Shown: one piece after another, positions 1 through 15,000 of the stretch
How positions within the stretch are numbered: the first letter of the stretch is position 1
How the letters are laid out: every line of letters begins with the position of its first letter
NCBI GenBank assembly: GCA_964016885.1
Contig: CAXHJY010000105.1
Span: forward strand, 496,001 to 560,000
DNA length: 64,000 nt
Direction: 5' to 3'
Source of the DNA: Eledone cirrhosa
Taxonomy: Eukaryota
Program-made: the position numbers and the translations under genes
Notes under the pieces: generated by a model
What the model was told of the DNA's origin: nothing
Seen by the model: the letters and a program-made list of their open reading frames with translations, nothing else
Databases searched by the model: none

Positions 1-3000
1 ATAAGGATACAGAACACTTGACCTAACATAAGGATACAGAACACCTGACCTAACATAAGGATACAGAACCCTTGACCTAACATAAGGATAGAGAACCCTT
101 GACCTAACATAAGCATACAGACCCCTTGACCTATCATAAGGATAGAGAACCCTTGACCTAACATAAGCATACAGACCCCTTGACCTATCATAAGGATAGA
201 GAACCCGTGACCTAACATAAGGATACAGAACACCTGACCTAACATAAAGATATAGTACCCTTGACCAAACATAAGGATACAGAACACTTGACCTAACGTA
301 AGGATACAGAACACCTGACCTAACATAAGGTTACAGAACCCTTGACCTAACATAAGGATACAGAACCCTTGACCTAACAAGGATAAAGAAGACTTGACCT
401 AACATAAGGATACAGAAACCTTGACCTAACATAAGGATACAGAACCCTTGACCTAACATAAGGATACAGAACCCTTGACCTAACATAAGGATACAGAACA
501 CTTGACCTAAATATAAGGATACAGAACACTTGACCTGACATAAGGATACAGAACACTTGACCTGACATAAGGATACAGAACAGTTGACCTAACATAAGGA
601 TGCAGAACACTTGACATAACATAAGGATACAGAACACTTGACCTAACATAAGGATACAGAACACTTGACCTAACATAAGGATACAGAATCCTTTACCTAA
701 CATAAGGATACAGAACCCTTGATCTAACATAAGGATACAGAAGACTTGACCTAACATAACCATACAAAACACTTGACCTAACATAAGGATACAGAACACC
801 TGACCTAACATAAGGATACAGATCACCGGACCTAACGAGGATACAGAACACCTGACCTAACATAAGGATACAGAACACCTGACCTGACATAAGGATACAG
901 AACACTTGACTTAACGTAAGGATACAGAACACTTGACCTAACGTAAGGATACAGAACACTTGACCTAACATAAGGATACAAAACCCTTGACCTAACATAA
1001 GGATACAGAAGAATTGACCTAACATAACCATACAGAACACTTGACCTAACATAAGGATAAAAACACCTGACCTAACATAAGGATACAGAACACCTGACCT
1101 GACATAAGGATACAGAACACTTGACTTAACGTAAGGATACAGAACACTTGACCTAACGTAAGGATACAGAACACTTGACCTAACATAAGGATACAGAACC
1201 CTTGACCTGACATAAGGATACAGAACACTTGACCTAACATAAGGATACAGAACACTTGACCTAACATAAGGATACAGAACACCTGACCTCACATTAGGAT
1301 ACAGAACACTTGACCTAACATAAGGATACAGAACACTTGACCTAACATAAGGATACAGAACACTTGACCTAACATAAGGATACAGAACCCTTGACCTAAC
1401 AGAGGGATACAGAACCCTTGACCTAACATAGGGATACAGAACACTTGACCTAACATAAGGATACAGAACCCTTGACCTAACATAAGGATACAGAACCCTT
1501 GACCTAACATAAGGATACAGAACCCTTGACCTAACATAAGGATACAGAAACTTGACCTAACATAAGGATACAGAACACTTGACCTAATATAAGGATACAG
1601 AACACTTAACCTAACATAAGGATACAGAACACTTGACCTAACAAAGATACAGAACACTTGACCTGACATAAGGATACAGAACCCTTGACCTAACAAGGAT
1701 ACAGAACACTTGACCTAACATAAGGATACAGAACACTTGACCTAACATAAGGATACAGAACCCTTGACCTAACATAAGGATACAGAACACTTGACCTAAC
1801 ATAAGGATACAGAACACGTGACCTAACATAAGGATACAGAACACTTGACCTAAATATAAGGATACAGAACACCTGACCTAACAAGGATACAGAACACTTG
1901 ACCTAACATAAGGATACAGAACCCTTGACCTAACATAAGGATACAGAACACTTGACCTAACATAAGGATACAGAACACCTGACCTAACAAGGATACAGAA
2001 CACTTGACCTAACATAAGGATACAGAACCCTTGAGCTAACATAAGGATACAGAACACTTGACCTAACATAAGGATACAGAACCCTTGACCTAACATAAGG
2101 ATAGAGAACCCTTGACCTAACATAAGGATACAGAACACCTGACCTAACAAAGATATAGAACCCTTGACCTAACATAAGGATACAGAACCCTTGACCTAAC
2201 ATAAGGATAGAGAACCCTTGACCTAAGATAAGGATACAGAACACCTGACCTAACATAAAGATATAGAACCCTTGACCTAACATAAGGTTACAGAACCCTT
2301 GACCAAACATAAGGATACAGAACCCTTGACCTAACATAAGGATACAGAAGACTTGACCTAACATAAGGATACAGAACACTTGACCTAATATAAGGATACA
2401 GAACACTTGACCTAACATAAGGATACAGAACACGTGACCTAACAAAGATACAGAACACTTGCCCTAACATAAGGATACAGAACCCTTGACCTAACATAAG
2501 GATATAGAACCCTTGACCTAACATAAGCATACAGACCCCTTGACCTAACAAAGATACAGAACACTTGACCTGACATAAGGATACAGAACCCTTTACCTAA
2601 CAAGGATACAGAACACTTGACCTAACATAAGGATACAGAACACTTGACCTAACATAAGGATACAGAACACTTGACCTAACATAAGGATACAGAACACCTG
2701 ACCTAACATAAGGATACAGAACCCTTGACCTAACATAAGGATAGAGAACCCTTGACCTAACATAAGCATACAGACCCCTTGACCTATCATAAGGATAGAG
2801 AACCCTTGACCTAACATAAGCATACAGACCCCTTGACCTATCATAAGGATAGAGAACCCGTGACCTAACATAAGGATACAGAACCCTTGACCTAACAAGG
2901 ATAAAGAAGACTTGACCTAACATAAGGATACAGAAACCTTGACCTAACATAAGGATACAGAACCCTTGACCTAACATAAGGATACAGAACCCTTGACCTA

Positions 3001-6000
3001 ACATAAGGATACAGAACACTTGACCTAAATATAAGGATACAGAACACTTGACCTGACATAAGGATACAGAACACTTGACCTGACATAAGGATACAGAACA
3101 GTTGACCTAACATAAGGATGCAGAACACTTGACATAACATAAGGATACAGAACACTTGACCTAACATAAGGATACAGAACACTTGACCTAACATAAGGAT
3201 ACAGAATCCTTTACCTAACATAAGGATACAGAACCCTTGATCTAACATAAGGATACAGAAGACTTGACCTAACATAACCATACAAAACACTTGACCTAAC
3301 ATAAGGATACAGAACACCTGACCTAACATAAGGATACAGATCACCGGACCTAACGAGGATACAGAACACCTGACCTAACATAAGGATACAGAACACCTGA
3401 CCTGACATAAGGATACAGAACACTTGACTTAACGTAAGGATACAGAACACTTGACCTAACGTAAGGATACAGAACACTTGACCTAACATAAGGATACAAA
3501 ACCCTTGACCTAACATAAGGATACAGAAGAATTGACCTAACATAACCATACAGAACACTTGACCTAACATAAGGATAAAAACACCTGACCTAACATAAGG
3601 ATACAGAACACCTGACCTGACATAAGGATACAGAACACTTGACTTAACGTAAGGATACAGAACACTTGACCTAACGTAAGGATACAGAACACTTGACCTA
3701 ACATAAGGATACAGAACCCTTGACCTGACATAAGGATACAGAACACTTGACCTAACATAAGGATACAGAACACTTGACCTAACATAAGGATACAGAACAC
3801 CTGACCTCACATTAGGATACAGAACACTTGACCTAACATAAGGATACAGAACACTTGACCTAACATAAGGATACAGAACACTTGACCTAACATAAGGATA
3901 CAGAACCCTTGACCTAACAGAGGGATACAGAACCCTTGACCTAACATAGGGATACAGAACACTTGACCTAACATAAGGATACAGAACCCTTGACCTAACA
4001 TAAGGATACAGAACCCTTGACCTAACATAAGGATACAGAACCCTTGACCTAACATAAGGATACAGAAACTTGACCTAACATAAGGATACAGAACACTTGA
4101 CCTAATATAAGGATACAGAACACTTAACCTAACATAAGGATACAGAACACTTGACCTAACAAAGATACAGAACACTTGACCTGACATAAGGATACAGAAC
4201 CCTTGACCTAACAAGGATACAGAACACTTGACCTAACATAAGGATACAGAACACGTGACCTAACATAAGGATACAGAACACTTGACCTAAATATAAGGAT
4301 ACAGAACACCTGACCTAACAAGGATACAGAACACTTGACCTAACATAAGGATACAGAACCCTTGACCTAACATAAGGATACAGAACACTTGACCTAACAT
4401 AAGGATACAGAACACCTGACCTAACAAGGATACAGAACACTTGACCTAACATAAGGATACAGAACCCTTGAGCTAACATAAGGATACAGAACACTTGACC
4501 TAACATAAGGATACAGAACCCTTGACCTAACATAAGGATAGAGAACCCTTGACCTAACATAAGGATACAGAACACCTGACCTAACAAAGATATAGAACCC
4601 TTGACCTAACATAAGGATACAGAACCCTTGACCTAACATAAGGATAGAGAACCCTTGACCTAAGATAAGGATACAGAACACCTGACCTAACATAAAGATA
4701 TAGAACCCTTGACCTAACATAAGGTTACAGAACCCTTGACCAAACATAAGGATACAGAACCCTTGACCTAACATAAGGATACAGAAGACTTGACCTAACA
4801 AGGATACAGATCACTTGACCTAATATAAGGATACAGAACACTTGACCTAACATAAGGATACAGAACACGTGACCTAACAAAGATACAGAACACTTGCCCT
4901 AACATAAGGATACAGAACCCTTGACCTAACATAAGGATATAGAACCCTTGACCTAACATAAGCATACAGACCCCTTGACCTAACAAAGATACAGAACACT
5001 TGACCTGACATAAGGATACAGAACCCTTTACCTAACAAGGATACAGAACACTTGACCTAACATAAGGATACAGAACACTTGACCTAACATAAGGATACAG
5101 AACACTTGACCTAACATAAGGATACAGAACACCTGACCTAACATAAGGATACAGAACCCTTGACCTAACATAAGGATAGAGAACCCTTGACCTAACATAA
5201 GCATACAGACCCCTTGACCTATCATAAGGATAGAGAACCCTTGACCTAACATAAGCATACAGACCCCTTGACCTATCATAAGGATAGAGAACCCGTGACC
5301 TAACATAAGGATACAGAACACCTGACCTAACATAAAGATATAGTACCCTTGACCAAACATAAGGATACAGAACACTTGACCTAACGTAAGGATACAGAAC
5401 ACCTGACCTAACATAAGGTTACAGAACCCTTGACCTAACATAAGGATACAGAACCCTTGACCTAACAAGGATAAAGAAGACTTGACCTAACATAAGGATA
5501 CAGAAACCTTGACCTAACATAAGGATACAGAACCCTTGACCTAACATAAGGATACAGAACCCTTGACCTAACATAAGGATACAGAACCCTTGACCTAACA
5601 TAAGGATACAGAACACTTGACCTAAATATAAGGATACAGAACACTTGACCTGACATAAGGATACAGAACAGTTGACCTAACAAGGATACAGAACACTTGA
5701 CCTAACATAAGGATACAGAACACTTGACCTAACATAAGGATACAGAATCCTTTACCTAACATAAGGATACAGAACCCTTGATCTAACATAAGGATACAGA
5801 ACCCTTGATCTAACATAAGGATACAGAAGACTTGGCCTAACATAACCATACAGAACACTTGACCTAACATAAGGATACAGAACACCTGACCTAACATAAG
5901 GATACAGATCACCGGACCTAACGAGGATACAGAACACCTGACCTAACATAAGGATACAGAACACCTGACCTGACATAAGGATACAGAACACTTGACTTAA

Positions 6001-9000
6001 CGTAAGGATACAGAACACTTGACCTAACGTAAGGATACAGAACACTTGACCTAACATAAGGATACAAAACCCTTGACCTAACATAAGGATACAGAAGAAT
6101 TGACCTAACATAACCATACAGAACACTTGACCTAACATAAGGATAAAAACACCTGACCTAACATAAGGATACAGAACACCTGACCTGACATAAGGATACA
6201 GAACACTTGACTTAACGTAAGGATACAGAACACTTGACCTAACGTAAGGATACAGAACACTTGACCTAACATAAGGATACAGAACCCTTGACCTGACATA
6301 AGGATACAGAACACTTGACCTAACATAAGGATACAGAACACTTGACCTAACATAAGGATACAGAACACCTGACCTCACATTAGGATACAGAACACTTGAC
6401 CTAACATAAGGATACAGAACACTTGACCTAACATAAGGATACAGAACACTTGACCTAACATAAGGATACAGAACCCTTGACCTAACAGAGGGATACAGAA
6501 CCCTTGACCTAACATAGGGATACAGAACACTTGACCTAACATAAGGATACAGAACCCTTGACCTAACATAAGGATACAGAACCCTTGACCTAACATAAGG
6601 ATACAGAACCCTTGACCTAACATAAGGATACAGAAACTTGACCTAACATAAGGATACAGAACACTTGACCTAACATAAGGATACAGAACACTTGACCTAA
6701 CAAAGATACAGAACACTTGACCTGACATAAGGATACAGAACCCTTGACCTAACAAGGATACAGAACACTTGACCTAACATAAAGATACAGAACACTTGAC
6801 CTAACATAAGGATACAGAACCCTTGACCTAACATAAGGATACAGAACACTTGACCTAACATAAGGATACAGAACACGTGACCTAACATAAGGATACAGAA
6901 CACTTGACCTAAATATAAGGATACAGAACACCTGACCTAACAAGGATACAGAACACTTGACCTAACATAAGGATACAGAACACTTGACCTGACATAAGGA
7001 TACAGAACACCTGACCTAAATATAAGGATACAGCACACTTGACCTAACATAAGGATACAGAACACTTGACCTAACATAAGGATACAGAACACTTGACCTG
7101 ACATAAGGAGACAGAACACTTGACCTAACATAAGGATACAGAACCCTTGACCTGACATAAGGATACAGAACCCTTGACCTAACAAGGATACAGAACAGTT
7201 GACCTAACATAAGGATGCAGAACACTTGACCTAACATAAGGATACAGAACACTTGACCTAACATAAGTATACAGAACCCTTGACCTAACATAAGGATACA
7301 GAACACTTGACCTAACATAAGGATACAGAACACCTGACCTAACAAGGATACAGAACACTTGACCTAACATAAGGATACAGAACCCTTGAGCTAACATAAG
7401 GATACAGAACCCTTGAGCTAACATAAGGATACAGAACACTTGACCTAACATAAGGATACAGAACCCTTGACCTAACATAAGGATAGAGAACCCTTGACCT
7501 AACATAAGGATACAGAACACCTGACCTAACAAAGATATAGAACCCTTGACCTAACATAAGGATACAGAACCCTTGACCTAACATAAGGATAGAGAACCCT
7601 TGACCTAAGATAAGGATACAGAACACCTGACCTAACATAAAGATATAGAACCCTTGACCTAACATAAGGTTACAGAACCCTTGACCAAACATAAGGATAC
7701 AGAACCCTTGACCTAACATAAGGATACAGAAGACTTGACCTAACATAAGGATACAGATCACTTGACCTAATATAAGGATACAGAACACTTGACCTAACAT
7801 AAGGATACAGAACACGTGACCTAACAAAGATACAGAACACTTGCCCTAACATAAGGATACAGAACCCTTGACCTAACATAAGGATATAGAACCCTTGACC
7901 TAACATAAGCATACAGACCCCTTGACCTAACAAAGATACAGAACACTTGACCTGACATAAGGATACAGAACCCTTTACCTAACAAGGATACAGAACACTT
8001 GACCTAACATAAGGATACAGAACACTTGACCTAACATAAGGATACAGAACACTTGACCTAACATAAGGATACAGAACACCTGACCTAACATAAGGATACA
8101 GAACCCTTGACCTAACATAAGGATAGAGAACCCTTGACCTAACATAAGCATACAGACCCCTTGACCTATCATAAGGATAGAGAACCCTTGACCTAACATA
8201 AGCATACAGACCCCTTGACCTATCATAAGGATAGAGAACCCGTGACCTAACATAAGGATACAGAACACCTGACCTAACATAAAGATATAGTACCCTTGAC
8301 CAAACATAAGGATACAGAACACTTGACCTAACGTAAGGATACAGAACACCTGACCTAACATAAGGTTACAGAACCCTTGACCTAACATAAGGATACAGAA
8401 CCCTTGACCTAACAAGGATAAAGAAGACTTGACCTAACATAAGGATACAGAAACCTTGACCTAACATAAGGATACAGAACCCTTGACCTAACATAAGGAT
8501 ACAGAACCCTTGACCTAACATAAGGATACAGAACCCTTGACCTAACATAAGGATACAGAACACTTGACCTAAATATAAGGATACAGAACACTTGACCTGA
8601 CATAAGGATACAGAACAGTTGACCTAACAAGGATACAGAACACTTGACCTAACATAAGGATACAGAACACTTGACCTAACATAAGGATACAGAATCCTTT
8701 ACCTAACATAAGGATACAGAACCCTTGATCTAACATAAGGATACAGAACCCTTGATCTAACATAAGGATACAGAAGACTTGGCCTAACATAACCATACAG
8801 AACACTTGACCTAACATAAGGATACAGAACACCTGACCTAACATAAGGATACAGATCACCGGACCTAACGAGGATACAGAACACCTGACCTAACATAAGG
8901 ATACAGAACACCTGACCTGACATAAGGATACAGAACACTTGACTTAACGTAAGGATACAGAACACTTGACCTAACGTAAGGATACAGAACACTTGACCTA

Positions 9001-12000
9001 ACATAAGGATACAAAACCCTTGACCTAACATAAGGATACAGAAGAATTGACCTAACATAACCATACAGAACACTTGACCTAACATAAGGATAAAAACACC
9101 TGACCTAACATAAGGATACAGAACACCTGACCTGACATAAGGATACAGAACACTTGACTTAACGTAAGGATACAGAACACTTGACCTAACGTAAGGATAC
9201 AGAACACTTGACCTAACATAAGGATACAGAACCCTTGACCTGACATAAGGATACAGAACACTTGACCTAACATAAGGATACAGAACACTTGACCTAACAT
9301 AAGGATACAGAACACCTGACCTCACATTAGGATACAGAACACTTGACCTAACATAAGGATACAGAACACTTGACCTAACATAAGGATACAGAACACTTGA
9401 CCTAACATAAGGATACAGAACCCTTGACCTAACAGAGGGATACAGAACCCTTGACCTAACATAGGGATACAGAACACTTGACCTAACATAAGGATACAGA
9501 ACCCTTGACCTAACATAAGGATACAGAACCCTTGACCTAACATAAGGATACAGAACCCTTGACCTAACATAAGGATACAGAAACTTGACCTAACATAAGG
9601 ATACAGAACACTTGACCTAATATAAGGATACAGAACACTTAACCTAACATAAGGATACAGAACACTTGACCTAACAAAGATACAGAACACTTGACCTGAC
9701 ATAAGGATACAGAACCCTTGACCTAACAAGGATACAGAACACTTGACCTAACATAAAGATACAGAACACTTGACCTAACATAAGGATACAGAACCCTTGA
9801 CCTAACATAAGGATACAGAACACTTGACCTAACATAAGGATACAGAACACGTGACCTAACAAGGATACAGAACCCTTGACCTAACATAAGGATACAGAAC
9901 ACTTGACCTAAATATAAGGATACAGAACACCTGACCTAACAAGGATACAGAACACTTGACCTAACATAAGGATACAGAACCCTTGACCTAACATAAGGAT
10001 ACAGAACACTTGACCTAACATAAGGATACAGAGCCCTTGACCTAACATAAGGATACAGAACACCTGACCTAACATAAGGATACAGAACACCTGACCTAAA
10101 TATAAGGATACAGCACACTTGACCTAACATAAGGATACAGAACACTTGACCTAACATAAGGATACAGAACACTTGACCTGACATAAGGAGACAGAACACT
10201 TGACCTGACATAAGGATACAGAACCCTTGACCTAACAAGGATACAGAACAGTTGACCTAACATAAGGATGCAGAACACTTGACCTAACATAAGGATACAG
10301 AACACTTGACCTAACATAAGTATACAGAACCCTTGACCTAACATAAGGATACAGAACACTTGACCTAACATAAGGATACAGAACACCTGACCTAACAAGG
10401 ATACAGAACACTTGACCTAACATAAGGATACAGAACCCTTGAGCTAACATAAGGATACAGAACACTTGACCTAACATAAGGATACAGAACCCTTGACCTA
10501 ACATAAGGATAGAGAACCCTTGACCTAACATAAGGATACAGAACACCTGACCTAACAAAGATATAGAACCCTTGACCTAACATAAGGATACAGAACCCTT
10601 GACCTAACATAAGGATAGAGAACCCTTGACCTAAGATAAGGATACAGAACACCTGACCTAACATAAAGATATAGAACCCTTGACCTAACATAAGGTTACA
10701 GAACCCTTGACCAAACATAAGGATACAGAACCCTTGACCTAACATAAGGATACAGAAGACTTGACCTAACATAAGGATACAGAACACTTGACCTAATATA
10801 AGGATACAGAACACTTGACCTAACATAAGGATACAGAACACGTGACCTAACAAAGATACAGAACACTTGCCCTAACATAAGGATACAGAACCCTTGACCT
10901 AACATAAGGATATAGAACCCTTGACCTAACATAAGCATACAGACCCCTTGACCTAACAAAGATACAGAACACTTGACCTGACATAAGGATACAGAACCCT
11001 TTACCTAACAAGGATACAGAACACTTGACCTAACATAAGGATACAGAACACTTGACCTAACATAAGGATACAGAACACTTGACCTAACATAAGGATACAG
11101 AACACCTGACCTAACATAAGGATACAGAACCCTTGACCTAACATAAGGATAGAGAACCCTTGACCTAACATAAGCATACAGACCCCTTGACCTATCATAA
11201 GGATAGAGAACCCTTGACCTAACATAAGCATACAGACCCCTTGACCTATCATAAGGATAGAGAACCCGTGACCTAACATAAGGATACAGAACACCTGACC
11301 TAACATAAAGATATAGTACCCTTGACCAAACATAAGGATACAGAACACTTGACCTAACGTAAGGATACAGAACACCTGACCTAACATAAGGTTACAGAAC
11401 CCTTGACCTAACATAAGGATACAGAACCCTTGACCTAACAAGGATAAAGAAGACTTGACCTAACATAAGGATACAGAAACCTTGACCTAACATAAGGATA
11501 CAGAACCCTTGACCTAACATAAGGATACAGAACCCTTGACCTAACATAAGGATACAGAACACTTGACCTAAATATAAGGATACAGAACACTTGACCTGAC
11601 ATAAGGATACAGAACAGTTGACCTAACATAAGGATGCAGAACACTTGACATAACATAAGGATACAGAACACTTGACCTAACATAAGGATACAGAACACTT
11701 GACCTAACATAAGGATACAGAATCCTTTACCTAACATAAGGATACAGAACCCTTGATCTAACATAAGGATACAGAAGACTTGACCTAACATAACCATACA
11801 GAACACTTGACCTAACATAAGGATACAGAACACCTGACCTAACATAAGGATACAGATCACCGGACCTAACGAGGATACAGAACACCTGACCTAACATAAG
11901 GATACAGAACACCTGACCTGACATAAGGATACAGAACACTTGACCTAACGTAAGGATACAGAACACTTGACCTAACATAAGGATACAAAACCCTTGACCT

Positions 12001-15000
12001 AACATAAGGATACAGAAGAATTGACCTAACATAACCATACAGAACACATGACCTAACATAAGGATAAAAACACCTGACCTAACATAAGGATACAGAACAC
12101 CTGACCTGACATAAGGATACAGAACACTTGACTTAACGTAAGGATACAGAACACTTGACCTAACGTAAGGATACAGAACACTTGACCTAACATAAGGATA
12201 CAGAACCCTTGACCTGACATAAGGATACAGAACACTTGACCTAACATAAGGATACAGAACACTTGACCTAACATAAGGATACAGAACACCTGACCTCACA
12301 TTAGGATACAGAACACTTGACCTAACATAAGGATACAGAACACTTGACCTAACATAAGGATACAGAACACTTGACCTAACATAAGGATACAGAACCCTTG
12401 ACCTAACAGAGGGATACAGAACCCTTGACCTAACATAGGGATACAGAACACTTGACCTAACATAAGGATACAGAACCCTTGACCTAACATAAGGATACAG
12501 AACCCTTGACCTAACATAAGGATACAGAACCCTTGACCTAACATAAGGATACAGAAACTTGACCTAACATAAGGATACAGAACACTTGACCTAATATAAG
12601 GATACAGAACACTTAACCTAACATAAGGATACAGAACACTTGACCTAACAAAGATACAGAACACTTGACCTGACATAAGGATACAGAACCCTTGACCTAA
12701 CAAGGATACAGAACACTTGACCTAACATAAGGATACAGAACACTTGACCTAACATAAGGATACAGAACCCTTGACCTAACATAAGGATACAGAACACTTG
12801 ACCTAACATAAGGATACAGAACACGTGACCTAACATAAGGATACAGAACACTTGACCTAAATATAAGGATACAGAACACCTGACCTAACAAGGATACAGA
12901 ACACTTGACCTAACATAAGGATACAGAACCCTTGACCTAACATAAGGATACAGAACACTTGACCTAACATAAGGATACAGAACACGTGACCTAACATAAG
13001 GATACAGAACACTTGACCTGACATAAGGATACAGAACACTTGACCTAACATAAGGATACAGAACACTTGACCTAACATAAAGGATACAGAACACTTGACC
13101 TAAATATAAGGATACAGAACACTTGACCTGACATAAGGATACAGAACCCTTGACCTAACAAGAATACAGAACAGTTGACCTAACATAAGGATGAAGAACA
13201 CTTGACCTAACATAAGGATACAGAACACTTGACCTAACATAAGTATACAGAACCCTTGACCTAACATAAGGATACAGAACACTTGATCTAACATAAGGAT
13301 ACAGAACACTTGACCTAACATAAGGATACAGAACACCTGACCTAACAATGATACAGAACACTTGACCTAACATAAGGATACAGAACCCTTGACCTAACAT
13401 AAGGATACAGAACACCTGACCTCACATTAGGATACAGAACACTTGACCTGACATAAGGATACAGAACCCTTGACCTAACAAGAATACAGAACAGTTGACC
13501 TAACATAAGGATACAGAACACTTGACTTAACATAAGGATACAGAACCCTTGACCTAACATAGGGATACAGAACCCTTGACCTAACATAAGGATACAGAAC
13601 CCTTGACCTAACATAAGGATACAGAACACTTGACCTAACATAAGGATACAGAACCCTTGACCTAACATAGGGATACAGAACCCTTGACCTGACATAAGGA
13701 TACAGAACCCTTGACCTAACATAAGGATACAGAACACTTGACCTAACATAAGGATACAGAACCCTTGACCTAACATAGGGATACAGAACCCTTGACCTAA
13801 CATAGGGATACAGAACACTTGACCTGACATAAGGATACAGAACACTTGACTTAACATAAGGATACAGAACCCTTGACCTAACATAGGGATACAGAACCCT
13901 TGACCTAACATAAGGATACAGAACCCTTGACCTAACATAAGGATACAGAACACTTGACCTAACATAAGGATACAGAACCCTTGACCTAACATAGGGATAC
14001 AGAACCCTTGACCTAACATAGGGATACAGAACACTTCACCTAACATAAGGATACAGAACCCTTGACCTAACATAAGGATACAGAACCCTTGACCTAACAT
14101 AAGGATACAGAACCCTTGACCTAACATAAGGATACAGAAACTTGACCTAACATAAGGATACAGAACACGTGACCTAACATAAGGATACAGAACACGTGAC
14201 CTAACATAAGGATACAGAACACGTGACCTAACAAAGATACAGAACACGTGACCTAACAAAGATACAGAACACGTGACCTAACATAAGGATACAGAACACT
14301 TGACCTAAATATAAGGATACAGAACACTTGACCTAACATCAGGATACAGAACACTTCACCTAACATAAGGATACAGAAGACTTGACCTAACATAAGGATA
14401 CAGAACACTTGACCTGACATAAGGATACAGAACACTTGACCTGACATAAGGATACAGAACACTTGACCTAACATAAGGATACAGAACACTTGACCTAAAT
14501 ATAAGGATGCAGAACACTTGACCTGACATAAGGATACAGAACCCTTGACCTGACATAAGGATACAGAACACTTGACCTAACATAAGGATACAGAACACTT
14601 GACCTAAATATAAGGATACAGAACACTTGACCTGACATAAGGATACAGAACACTTGACCTAACATAAGGATACAGAACACTTGACCTAAATATAAGGATA
14701 CAGAACACTTGACCTGACATAAGGATACAGAACACTTGATCTAACATAAGGATACAGAACACCTGACCTAACATAAGGATACAGAACCCTTGACCTAACA
14801 TAAGGATACAGAACACTTGACCTAACATAAGGATACAGAACACGTGACCTAACATAAGGATACAGAACACTTGACCTAAATATAAGGATACAGAACACCT
14901 GACCTAACAAGGATACAGAACACTTGACCTAACATAAGGATACAGAACCCTTGACCTAACATAAGGATACAGAACACTTGACCTAACATAAGGATACAGA

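Noticed and set aside
693-1292. YPY(V/D) peptide resemblance to the HA epitope or Tyr-rich structural proteins
   Set aside because: A three- to four-residue coincidence in a repeat-derived frame, with no other support.
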